Under the pieces are notes generated by a model. That model saw nothing but the letters and a program-made list of their open reading frames with translations, did not search any database and had not been told where the DNA came from. A DNA stretch of 64,000 nt. Source: a virus (lineage: Duplodnaviria > Caudoviricetes). The DNA lies in the IMG/VR virus record IMGVR_UViG_3300021431_004083, positions 187,550-251,549 of that record. One strand, written 5' to 3'. Positions within the stretch are counted from its first letter, which is position 1. Each line of letters opens with the position of its first letter. Below, one piece after another: positions 51,117-60,142 of the stretch. Made by a program: the position numbers and the translations under genes.

Positions 51117-51725
51117 ATGGACGCGAACCCCAATCAGTACAAACTGGATTTCATTGAACGTATGTGCGAACACGGCAGAAAGAGTTTCGAAAATTTCGAA
51201 CCTCATATTATCGAAAACAATGACACGGTACAAATCATTGAATGGTCAAACAAGAACGGAAGCTTTGAATATCGTATCCGTTTTGTTTTTGATATCAACA
51301 CAGGTCATATGTTCGTGTCGGGAGACCTCGGCTCAGCTGTGTTTTGCTTCACAGAAAAAGCACAGTTCGAAAAAATCTCCAGATATTCTGATTTTAACTA
51401 TTTCCGTGAAAAGATGCAGTGTTCGACTAATATCACGGAATACGATTCAAAATACGCTCGCTTACAGCTTGAAGAAAACCTCAGTGTCGAAAACGACATA
51501 AACGAGCCTGATATCCAAACGCTCATTCGTGAAATTTTACAGGAAGCTGACCAATACGACGGAAACCCTGTATACTCCGATTATGTCATTGACAAACTCA
51601 AGGACTACGACGAAGATTATTGGGAGTGGCTCTATGGTATTGGAATGCTTCCTCACAAAAGAATCATCCTTTGGTGGGAAGCCCTTCACGAAATCAGAGC
51701 TCATCTTGAAAAAGGAGAACAATAA
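51117..51725 (+). CDS. hypothetical phage-type protein
   Basis: VSGDLG...YF.EK pattern; start refined. Confidence 0.65.
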   Translation: MDANPNQYKLDFIERMCEHGRKSFENFEPHIIENNDTVQIIEWSNKNGSFEYRIRFVFDINTGHMFVSGDLGSAVFCFTEKAQFEKISRYSDFNYFREKMQCSTNITEYDSKYARLQLEENLSVENDINEPDIQTLIREILQEADQYDGNPVYSDYVIDKLKDYDEDYWEWLYGIGMLPHKRIILWWEALHEIRAHLEKGEQ

Positions 51726-52354
51726 TGATATTCACAAAAGAAAAACTGTCGTCGGAATATATCTATGTATGCGACGACGGCACAAAGCTCATGTATCGTG
51801 ACGGATATTTCATGGAATACAAACCTGTAAGTCATGATACTATTCAGGATTTACTCGGAAAAACAGATGAGACAAGCACAAAACCGATGCCTGTATTTTC
51901 TGACTACCGTAACGACCTGACACATAAGTACGACAGGGACAAAACCATTATGTACGTTTACGGTCTGAAAGTTATGGCAAAGCATTTTCCCGGTAACATT
52001 CCCGACTACAATGACTGCGTTATGCTGTACAAAAGACAGACAACCGACAGCAGTCTCACCGAAAGCGCTGCAAAAACACAGTGCTTCCGCTACACCTACG
52101 GGTCATCATCGGTGTTCCCGTTTTACGGTGGTTGGACCGAAATCGTAGCCCCTACGAGAGAACTCGCCGACGCGCTATTCATCGCTCTGCATCCGAGCAA
52201 AGACGGTACGTTGTTAAACTGTTCGTCTATTTACGATGAAAAACAATGGACCGGCACAGAAATGTGTAAACATAACGATAATATGGGCGCCCATTGTCAC
52301 GAAAAATACGTCATCACACAGGAGTTCGGACCGATGCTGCTCGGAAACCGATAA
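51725..52354 (+). CDS. hypothetical protein
   Basis: coupled ORF. Confidence 0.7.
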   Translation: MIFTKEKLSSEYIYVCDDGTKLMYRDGYFMEYKPVSHDTIQDLLGKTDETSTKPMPVFSDYRNDLTHKYDRDKTIMYVYGLKVMAKHFPGNIPDYNDCVMLYKRQTTDSSLTESAAKTQCFRYTYGSSSVFPFYGGWTEIVAPTRELADALFIALHPSKDGTLLNCSSIYDEKQWTGTEMCKHNDNMGAHCHEKYVITQEFGPMLLGNR

Positions 52355-52357
52355 CTA

Positions 52358-52410
52358 TCAGTCAATCATATCAACAAAAAAAACACTACAATCTCTGCTA
52401 AAAAGCAAAG
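52358..52410 (+). repeat. leader box plus truncated hairpin
   Basis: TCAGTCAATC-N22-AATCTCTGC-TAAAAA-GCAAAG. Confidence 0.7.
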
Positions 52411-52438
52411 CTAAAAAGCATAGGAAAGGAAAGTAACA

Positions 52439-53182
52439 GTGATTATTAACAATACAAACGAAAACACCCCGGCACTACCGTTTACCGTATTCTATGACGT
52501 CGAAACGGATAAGTCTGACGGTTACATTGACCTCAATGATAACTTATTTGCCACTGTCGACAACGACATGGCAAAATATGTCACATCCGGCACAATCAAT
52601 CTCTACATGGCACACAAAGAACAGGGCAACGCCGAAAACACACGTGACATCATGAGCAAAAAGGCTCGCTGTCACAGTCCTATCGGTCAAATCAGTTTCG
52701 TTGCCTTCAACGAGAATGCCATCAAAGAAGACTCGAAAAGTCTCGAAAGCCTTGCGTATGAGCACACAACAGGCAGCGAAAACCGTCCGTTGGAATGCAT
52801 TGACGGGCAGTCTCTTATGTCCTTGAGACGGGCAAACAAAGACGCGGACAAAACAATGTTCATCATTGAACTGTCAAGCTTCCATTGCAGCAAAGGTGTC
52901 ACCGAAGATGTATTCGAACACATCTTTGCCCATCTCCCCGACATTTTCAGACTCGCTCTCAATATGAACCCGCATCTGTTCGTCACCACCATTCCGCTTG
53001 AACAAAAAGACTTCCAATTTGACGAAGGTTACACAGTTGCATACGATATGCAAAAAAGTTTCTTATTACGTATGAACTTCCTTCCCACAGAAAAGAAAGA
53101 CGTCTACGTCATGAATGTATCGATGCACGAACCGTTTAAGGATGTCTTCGGTCCGACAAGCATTCGCTTCTATCTCAACTAA
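52439..53182 (+). CDS. hypothetical protein
   Basis: 247-aa ORF. Confidence 0.7.
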   Translation: MIINNTNENTPALPFTVFYDVETDKSDGYIDLNDNLFATVDNDMAKYVTSGTINLYMAHKEQGNAENTRDIMSKKARCHSPIGQISFVAFNENAIKEDSKSLESLAYEHTTGSENRPLECIDGQSLMSLRRANKDADKTMFIIELSSFHCSKGVTEDVFEHIFAHLPDIFRLALNMNPHLFVTTIPLEQKDFQFDEGYTVAYDMQKSFLLRMNFLPTEKKDVYVMNVSMHEPFKDVFGPTSIRFYLN

Positions 53183-53203
53183 AAATACAGGAGGACAAAT
53201 ACC

Positions 53204-53449
53204 ATGTCAGATAAAAACTACTACGAGGTCATGGTTGACCATTCAACCTTTTCGACAGCAAAATGGGCGGTTGTCAGCTACCCGAAGGACAAATGTGTTG
53301 AGAACGGTAAGCCTATCAGCAATGAAAAGCTTGCACAAAGACTGCTCGCCATCATTTCAAGAAAAACAGGTTTGTCAAATCTTGTCAGCCATTCGGTCAC
53401 ACTTCTCGGCGACGATGTCATCATAATTGATGACGAACCCGTTGAGTGA
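53204..53449 (+). CDS. hypothetical protein
   Basis: GGAGG RBS. Confidence 0.65.
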   Translation: MSDKNYYEVMVDHSTFSTAKWAVVSYPKDKCVENGKPISNEKLAQRLLAIISRKTGLSNLVSHSVTLLGDDVIIIDDEPVE

Positions 53450-53504
53450 ACCGCTCGGCAACAAGTAACCGAGAATTCTCATCGGAAATTCTTAACAAAA
53501 AAAA

Positions 53505-53699
53505 ATGAACAATAACAATACACAAAATGACCAACCAACAAAGAAACAACTCGATTTCATAGCTGATATACAAGAATTTACAGGAACACTGTTTACAGGC
53601 TCAACAAAAGCTGAAGCCTCGAAATATATTTCTGACAATATCGAACGATATCGGCTTGAAATCGCGAGTTCTTGGGTCTTATCAGGCGGTTATTTCTAA
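53505..53699 (+). CDS. small hypothetical protein
   Basis: PTKKQLDFI...TKAEASKYI helical motif. Confidence 0.6.
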   Translation: MNNNNTQNDQPTKKQLDFIADIQEFTGTLFTGSTKAEASKYISDNIERYRLEIASSWVLSGGYF

Positions 53700-53721
53700 A
53701 ACGAAAAAAGGAGAATATAAA

Positions 53722-53982
53722 ATGGTTTATACCATATCATATCCCTACGCGGGAACAATCAAACAGAAAACATTTGAAGCCGAGCCCTTCACCGACGAAA
53801 TGAGAAAAATGTGTGAGTTCGTCGACAAAGAACTCCGCAAATGCGGTGACGACGAGGTCGGATACGATATCTACGAAGGCTTCGACTCCATCGTTCGCCA
53901 TATGGGCAAGGGCGCAACGCTGAGCATTGACATTCCCGACAAGAAAATCAAGCTTACCGTATCGACCGGCTACAAAGACTGA
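53722..53982 (+). CDS. hypothetical protein
   Basis: start refined behind AGGAG. Confidence 0.65.
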   Translation: MVYTISYPYAGTIKQKTFEAEPFTDEMRKMCEFVDKELRKCGDDEVGYDIYEGFDSIVRHMGKGATLSIDIPDKKIKLTVSTGYKD

Positions 53983-54012
53983 CGTTTGCATCTATGTCAA
54001 ACAACCAAAAAA

Positions 54013-54077
54013 TCAGTCAATCAATATCACAAAAAATCTCTGCTAAATAGTACCATCAAACGTCGGTGCTTGCAGAT
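54013..54077 (+). repeat. leader box plus single 37-nt repeat
   Basis: TCAGTCAATC-N12-AATCTC, repeat at 54041-54077. Confidence 0.85.
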
Positions 54078-54187
54078 TACTTGTACGGACGAAGCCTACA
54101 GTAACGAAGATGATGACAAGAAAAAAAATCATCATTGACACAATCAACAAAGGAATTTGAAAAACAAAACAAAAAGGAGAAGAGAAA

Positions 54188-54775
54188 ATGTCTCATAGAT
54201 TTTACCTCGTGTCCATGCCCCGAGAAGTATATCTCAAAATCATGCCTGCCAAGAACTTAACGGAGCTTGATACCATCCTCAAAAGTCTCGGCTATCCCAA
54301 AGGTCATCCTCACGACGAAGATGATGTCCTCGACTACGACGAATTTGCCATAACAGAATACGAGTTCGGTTCTGATTTCTGGGACGAAGCCGAGAAAATC
54401 ATTGCCGACAGCGAAGCAACGTGGTGCCTATCACCCCTCTTCCACGAAGACAAAGCTTCCGCTCCGCATGTCGTAAAAGAACACACACTCAAAACCATCA
54501 TCAACGTCATTAAAGAAGATATCATCAATTACTACAAAGGTCTTCTCAAAGGTGACGACGCAACTCGCTACGCCATGATGCGCACGCATGTTGAAGATAC
54601 CATCAAGGAATGGGAACCTGAATTCCGTCCTGATGTCATGAGTCCTATCAATTTCAACCAAAAAGATGAAAAGCTCACAAACTCATGGAGATACGAGTAT
54701 TCCATTTGGGAGCTCGTGAAACTCTACAAAAGTTTTGATTTTGAAAGAAACGTATTACTTTTCGTAGGATGGTAA
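54188..54775 (+). CDS. hypothetical protein
   Basis: AGGAG RBS. Confidence 0.7.
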   Translation: MSHRFYLVSMPREVYLKIMPAKNLTELDTILKSLGYPKGHPHDEDDVLDYDEFAITEYEFGSDFWDEAEKIIADSEATWCLSPLFHEDKASAPHVVKEHTLKTIINVIKEDIINYYKGLLKGDDATRYAMMRTHVEDTIKEWEPEFRPDVMSPINFNQKDEKLTNSWRYEYSIWELVKLYKSFDFERNVLLFVGW

Positions 54776-54814
54776 CGTCCGACGAAATGGAAAACACGTT
54801 TTCCAACCGAAATA

Positions 54815-54855
54815 TCAGTCAATCAATATCACAAAAAATCTCTACTACAGTAGAG
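54815..54855 (+). repeat. leader box plus minimal hairpin with compensatory change
   Basis: TCAGTCAATC-N12-AAT-CTCTAC-TACA-GTAGAG. Confidence 0.7.
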
Positions 54856-54901
54856 GATGGGTTGGTAGTATGCAAAACCAGTAAAAGAAAGGAAAATCCA
54901 A

Positions 54902-55444
54902 ATGTTTGACAAGAACGTATTGCTCGTCATTGACCTGCAGCAACAGTTCAAAGACAAAGACAGCAATTACAAAAAATGTCTTGAATATCTTGAGCGAAAT
55001 TGCGTCGCCTACGACGAAATCGTATTCACGCTTTTCTCCCAGTTCATCAATAACGAGAACGGCGGCATAGACTATTCTGATAGATACTTCCGTCACTTGA
55101 ACTGGAGAGGCTGCGAACACACCAACGTTTCAGATATCCTGTTGCCCGATATTTTCTCACAACAGGACAAAAACGGTCGTAATATCCTACACACGCCGAT
55201 TCGTATCATTCCGAAGAACACTTACGCCGCAAAACTCCCTGAAGAATACGACCCCATCACAACACATATTGACGTCATCGGATGCGACGCCGACAGCTGC
55301 GTCCTTGCGACTGCGTTCAAGCTCTGGGACGAGAATTACTCGTTCCGCATTCTGAAAGACTACATCTTCACAACAGGTCCGAAAATCGACATGGAACAGC
55401 TTATGCTGCTCATGAAACGTCAGTTCGGAAACTGTATCGTCTAA
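54902..55444 (+). CDS. isochorismatase/nicotinamidase-family cysteine hydrolase
   Basis: LLVIDLQ, K.TY and GCDADSCV.ATA motifs. Confidence 0.8.
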   Translation: MFDKNVLLVIDLQQQFKDKDSNYKKCLEYLERNCVAYDEIVFTLFSQFINNENGGIDYSDRYFRHLNWRGCEHTNVSDILLPDIFSQQDKNGRNILHTPIRIIPKNTYAAKLPEEYDPITTHIDVIGCDADSCVLATAFKLWDENYSFRILKDYIFTTGPKIDMEQLMLLMKRQFGNCIV

Positions 55445-55456
55445 GGAGGAAACACA

Positions 55457-55768
55457 TTGGGAAAATTTCTGACTACATTCCTCAAAGACTTCTTCGGACA
55501 AAGAAGCTATTTTACGGAAAAAACCGTAAAAGCTCTTGAAGATAAATACTTCAACAAAGAAAAATTAGAAAAAGACCCGCCTAAGCTTCCCGCGGACGTG
55601 TCTATTTTCTTCTCTCCGTACACAGACGCGTTTGTGATATGGACGAACAGGACTGATATCATCATGCCCTATGAAGGTCTTCCCGAGAATGAGCGGTGGG
55701 AGCCCGCCCTTCTGGAATTGCTTAATTCCGGACCAAACATTATCATTTTGAAAAACCAAAAAGGTTGA
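55457..55768 (+). CDS. hypothetical protein
   Basis: TTG start behind AGGAGG. Confidence 0.6.
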   Translation: MGKFLTTFLKDFFGQRSYFTEKTVKALEDKYFNKEKLEKDPPKLPADVSIFFSPYTDAFVIWTNRTDIIMPYEGLPENERWEPALLELLNSGPNIIILKNQKG

Positions 55769-55845
55769 CCTGCTGATAAAAGTATAGTACAATCATATTA
55801 TACGATTACGGCAAACATTTTCAAAAGTTCCCACGGAGAAAAAAA

Positions 55846-56496
55846 ATGAAATTCAACAAAACATTCACCCTTGCACGAAGTGTACAGTACAAAGAAAAAA
55901 ACGGGTCTTACCGAATCGCTGCATATGGCTGCTCTATCGATGGCAACATCTTAAAACAACAACACGGCTCTTATATTCGACCGAACATGGCGGGACCGTT
56001 CTATTACGCATTAGGATTTAGTGCAACCGATGATTACTGCGCTCTGTTCGTTGTGGACCCGAGAAACGGCAGCACCATAGACGCGGTGCTTGTGAAAGAC
56101 CTCGGCTTGCGACACGCAAAACTCGAAAATCCCATACGCAACACAGACTTTTACGTTCCCGGTTTTATCGAAGAGTGCATCCAATGCTACGAAGACTCTA
56201 ACAATTTCGAAAGAGCCGTTATTACGGCACAAGAAATCGAATGCGACTACAAATCAGCTCTGTTTGCTTACAAACAACTGATTAAATACTACTGTCGCTT
56301 AAGTGACGAATCCGTTGAAGCCTATTTGAAATTCAAAGGCATTCACGACTTATCAAGCGACAACATGTCTCTGAAGCTCAAAAACGCCTTAGAGCTTGCA
56401 GCGGAAAATATAACCGACTATGATGCTATCGAAAAAGCCGTACCGTCAACAAAAGAATACATCGAAAAGTACAAACTGAAACGTCGCCGTAAATAA
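55846..56496 (+). CDS. hypothetical protein
   Basis: preceded by TTGACC-17 bp-TACAAT at 55765-55793. Confidence 0.7.
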   Translation: MKFNKTFTLARSVQYKEKNGSYRIAAYGCSIDGNILKQQHGSYIRPNMAGPFYYALGFSATDDYCALFVVDPRNGSTIDAVLVKDLGLRHAKLENPIRNTDFYVPGFIEECIQCYEDSNNFERAVITAQEIECDYKSALFAYKQLIKYYCRLSDESVEAYLKFKGIHDLSSDNMSLKLKNALELAAENITDYDAIEKAVPSTKEYIEKYKLKRRRK

Positions 56497-56518
56497 CGGC
56501 ACGAAGGAACAAAAACGT

Positions 56519-57001
56519 ATGCTGTACACACAACTAACGAAAAAGGCTATCAACATAGCTTACAACAAACATAACGGACAAATAGGGAAAGACGGTATTC
56601 CCTATTTCTGCCACCCGTACCATGTGGCAGAGCGCGTAGATGAGCTTTGTGAAAGAACAAATATGTCCAAAAAAGAGCACGAAGCCCTCATTTGCATAGC
56701 ATTTTTGCACGATATCCTCGAAGATACAGACACAACCGTCAACGAATTATATGGGGAAGGGTTTTCTGACAACATAGTCCACGCCGTTATAGCATTGACA
56801 CGGCGAAAAAGAGAAACCTATCAGGACTACATAGAACGCTGCAGGGAAAATACCTATGCAACTGTCATCAAAACATTTGATTTGATTCATAATATGAACC
56901 TAAATCGACTGGACGCTCCGACTGACGTCGACAAAAAACGCTATGAAAAATATAAAAAGGCACTCGACCTTCTCAACACATCAAAGGAGGACGAATCGTG
57001 A
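56519..57001 (+). CDS. stand-alone HD-domain hydrolase, SpoT/Mesh1-like
   Basis: AYNKHNGQ..KDGIPYFCHP, FLHDILEDT, VIALT and IK..DLIHN motifs. Confidence 0.85.
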   Translation: MLYTQLTKKAINIAYNKHNGQIGKDGIPYFCHPYHVAERVDELCERTNMSKKEHEALICIAFLHDILEDTDTTVNELYGEGFSDNIVHAVIALTRRKRETYQDYIERCRENTYATVIKTFDLIHNMNLNRLDAPTDVDKKRYEKYKKALDLLNTSKEDES

Positions 57002-57378
57002 AACGAATTCTTACACTCTTGATTGCGATATGTATATCAGTAAGCATATTCACAGCTTGCTCCTTAAACAAAAAAGAAGTAAGCCGTGAGTTGGTCAACG
57101 CGAGATATACACCCGCTCACTCGTCCACAAAGACAGACTACGAATACAAATACAACTGGAACAAAGACGAATACAAATATGTTCCCGGCATAAAATATGT
57201 CGACGAACCCGAGAAATACGAGTTCGAATATATCGTCACATATGATGACGACACAACACGACATGTATTCGAAACCGTTACAAAAGAAGCATATAATGAA
57301 TATATGAAATCCAAATGGTTCAAAGATTTCAGTAAACCTATTGTGATTGAAACCCAACCACCAACCGAAACGCCATAA
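56998..57378 (+). CDS. lipoprotein
   Basis: signal peptide with FTAC lipobox. Confidence 0.7.
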   Translation: MKRILTLLIAICISVSIFTACSLNKKEVSRELVNARYTPAHSSTKTDYEYKYNWNKDEYKYVPGIKYVDEPEKYEFEYIVTYDDDTTRHVFETVTKEAYNEYMKSKWFKDFSKPIVIETQPPTETP

Positions 57379-57395
57379 AAGGACTGTGATGCTCT

Positions 57396-58208
57396 GTGAG
57401 ATTATATTTGCTGTTGCCGCTGTTAACAGAAAACGCAGCTATCATAAAAATAGTCAGCGGAAAAAATAACCGCAAACTATATGAAGGCTTGTTCCAAAGC
57501 ATGCCGACGGAACTGCGTTTACTTGACATAGAAGAAATACTTCCTTACAAAGTCATCAGACGTAAAAATATAAACACGACCAAAGCACAATACGGCATCT
57601 GTTTTGTCACAAACAAAAAAGACAAAACAACAAGGGCTCACATAGAACATATCGGCGAAAAACAGACCATGAAAAATGGTCATAAAGCACAAGTAACATC
57701 CTATAATTCCGCAACAGACATCACAATTACGTTTGACGACGGCACTGTCAGAGAACATCAAAGATATCACGATTTCACTCATGGAGAAATCAAACATGAG
57801 TCTGAATTACCCGGTCGTGTAAAACCAGAAAACCATACGGGAGAAACGTCGGTATCCAACAAAGGTGAAAACATCACCATTGTGAAATATCTCAACAATC
57901 AATATATGAATGTTCAGTTTGATGACGGAACGATTGCGTACGGCGTCAACTATTACGCATTCGTGCACCGCAAAATAGTCAAACCGGACTATAAGCATTA
58001 CAAATGGTTCATCGCGCAAGAAAACACCGAGCCCGAGCCAATACAACTGCAGGATGTAATTGACATCATAACGAACGACCGTACATTAACGCCCAAAGAA
58101 CAATGCGCAAAGCTCGGAGTTATCACTCACGGTAAAAAGTCCAAAGACGTACAGATTTTTGTTCTACATAAAAACGTCAAATGCCAAATCATTTGCGTCA
58201 AAGACTGA
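57396..58208 (+). CDS. protein with duplicated FDDGT module; paralog of 38235-39080
   Basis: HIGEK...ITITFDDGT and HTGET...VQFDDGT repeats. Confidence 0.7.
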   Translation: MRLYLLLPLLTENAAIIKIVSGKNNRKLYEGLFQSMPTELRLLDIEEILPYKVIRRKNINTTKAQYGICFVTNKKDKTTRAHIEHIGEKQTMKNGHKAQVTSYNSATDITITFDDGTVREHQRYHDFTHGEIKHESELPGRVKPENHTGETSVSNKGENITIVKYLNNQYMNVQFDDGTIAYGVNYYAFVHRKIVKPDYKHYKWFIAQENTEPEPIQLQDVIDIITNDRTLTPKEQCAKLGVITHGKKSKDVQIFVLHKNVKCQIICVKD

Positions 58209-58507
58209 AAAGGAGACAATATATGTCACAAACGGCAAACGAAGAAAAAATAACATATTTTCTTCTTATCAAAACTGATACAAGTATAAAAAGCATCGCA
58301 GCACACACAACAAATGAAGTGATGGAGCTCGTAAAAAAGCTCACTGAAAAAGCAAAACCTGATACAAGAAAAAGAATTTGTACAGCAGTCGAAACAATTC
58401 TCCCCTGTATGGAGCATATCAGCACCATACAAATGACATTCCCCGATTCGAGAATTGACATCTCAATTATTTCGACTGTAACGACAACAGAAAAAAAGGA
58501 GGACTGA
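58181..58507 (+). CDS. hypothetical protein (likely start at 58223)
   Basis: AGGAG RBS before MSQT. Confidence 0.6.
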   Translation: MPNHLRQRLKRRQYMSQTANEEKITYFLLIKTDTSIKSIAAHTTNEVMELVKKLTEKAKPDTRKRICTAVETILPCMEHISTIQMTFPDSRIDISIISTVTTTEKKED

Positions 58508-58508
58508 C

Positions 58509-58985
58509 ATGAATTCGGAAATCGTATATGGCTTCGGATTTTCCGTCCCTGCCCATAACCCCGACCTTTTCAAAAAGTTCATTCTCAATCACCAAAAGGC
58601 AATTGAAGAACAGGGAACACCGGAGGAAAAAAAGCTGTTGAGTATAGCAAAGTTCGACAAGAACTACTCATTTGACTACGATGACATCGACGAGAACTTT
58701 TGGCTCGAAAGTACAGTCAACCAACAGGAAGGACCTCATGCCATCATCGGAAACATCATTCAGTACGAAACATGCATTCGTATGCAATACGAACCCGGTG
58801 ACGGTGACACCGACAGCGACCCCGCAATCATCTTTGCTCGCGGATACCCTTGGGAGTTAAACGCAACAGAGAAAAACTTGCGAGAAGAATCCTTCAGAAA
58901 TCTCTTGTACAAATATCTCAGAGAGCTCGACAGCGCGGCGTCTATCACTGACGTCGATACAATTCGTATTGAATACTACTGCTAA
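58509..58985 (+). CDS. hypothetical protein
   Basis: GGAGG RBS. Confidence 0.7.
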   Translation: MNSEIVYGFGFSVPAHNPDLFKKFILNHQKAIEEQGTPEEKKLLSIAKFDKNYSFDYDDIDENFWLESTVNQQEGPHAIIGNIIQYETCIRMQYEPGDGDTDSDPAIIFARGYPWELNATEKNLREESFRNLLYKYLRELDSAASITDVDTIRIEYYC

Positions 58986-59000
58986 AAAGGAGGTTTTGAT

Positions 59001-59447
59001 ATGGAGACAACAAAAATCAACGCCTTCGGTGTCGTACTCGACTCTGATAGACTAAAAGAAAATTTCGTCCCATTCCTCTGCACACACTTGATGACAAGCG
59101 AACGCTATGAAGAGTATATCAACTACTGCAAGGACGAAAACTTAGAGCCCGGCGACGACAAAAGCTTCTACCTGTATGCCAGATATGATTGCGGCGACTA
59201 TGCGTGGGAAATCATGACCTGCCTTGTTCATATCCTCAACGAAAAGAACAACCTCACTCTGGATATCAACAAGCTCCAATATTATAACTATTGCGTTTAC
59301 TACGAGAATCTCGTGCCTGCAAACGAAGAAGAACGCAAGCTCATACTGACAAAGGAACAGGTCCAAAAGCTCATCGCGGACTTCTTCAAGCCCATCGTCA
59401 AAGAAAACACACCTTTATGGTGTGAAAGTCTTGACATTGACTATTAA
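59001..59447 (+). CDS. hypothetical protein; tandem paralog of 59457-59903
   Basis: shared YI.YCK.., KSF..YA and ILT..QVQ...A.FF segments. Confidence 0.75.
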   Translation: METTKINAFGVVLDSDRLKENFVPFLCTHLMTSERYEEYINYCKDENLEPGDDKSFYLYARYDCGDYAWEIMTCLVHILNEKNNLTLDINKLQYYNYCVYYENLVPANEEERKLILTKEQVQKLIADFFKPIVKENTPLWCESLDIDY

Positions 59448-59456
59448 AAGGAGGAC

Positions 59457-59903
59457 ATGAACATGTACGAAGCCGTCACAAGGTTCGGAATCGAAATCAC
59501 CCCATGTGATTTGAGACCGGACTTTCTGTTGCTAATGTTTGCCTACTTTATGGACACTGACGACCGTCAAAGCTATATTGATTACTGCAAAGAAAACAAA
59601 ATCAGCTGTGATGACCGAAAGTCGTTCATTGATTATGCGAACTCAAAACATACGACACTCGCTTTTCACAACAGCATGATGCAGGAAATCGTTAACATTT
59701 TCAACAAACAGTATGACCTGTATGACGAACTGAAATTTCAGTATCATGACGAACATGTCTTTTACGAATGCGGCATACCTGAAGACGATTCCCAAAAAGA
59801 ACGCATTCTGACACAAAAGCAGGTGCAAAACATGCTTGCGCAGTTCTTCGGAAAGCTCGTCAAAGACGATATCTCGCTGACCTGTCAATCTATTAGCATT
59901 TAA
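59457..59903 (+). CDS. hypothetical protein; tandem paralog of 59001-59447
   Basis: same length (148 aa) and shared motifs. Confidence 0.75.
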   Translation: MNMYEAVTRFGIEITPCDLRPDFLLLMFAYFMDTDDRQSYIDYCKENKISCDDRKSFIDYANSKHTTLAFHNSMMQEIVNIFNKQYDLYDELKFQYHDEHVFYECGIPEDDSQKERILTQKQVQNMLAQFFGKLVKDDISLTCQSISI

Positions 59904-60142
59904 ACAAAAATCCACAATTCCGCAGAGGCAAAAGCACATATAAAACCTTCCAAACCCAGTATGCCTATACTGCTCCCAACGGCAGCATTTACTTCTATTG
60001 TGAATGCCAGAAATGCGGTCTAAAGAAGAACCTTGCCACTCAGAAATTGATTCCACAAAAACAATCAAAAACATAACTGCCGGAGACGGCAGACTTGAAA
60101 AGTGCATCCGAATCGAATTGTGAAATATGAAAGGATGAAATA

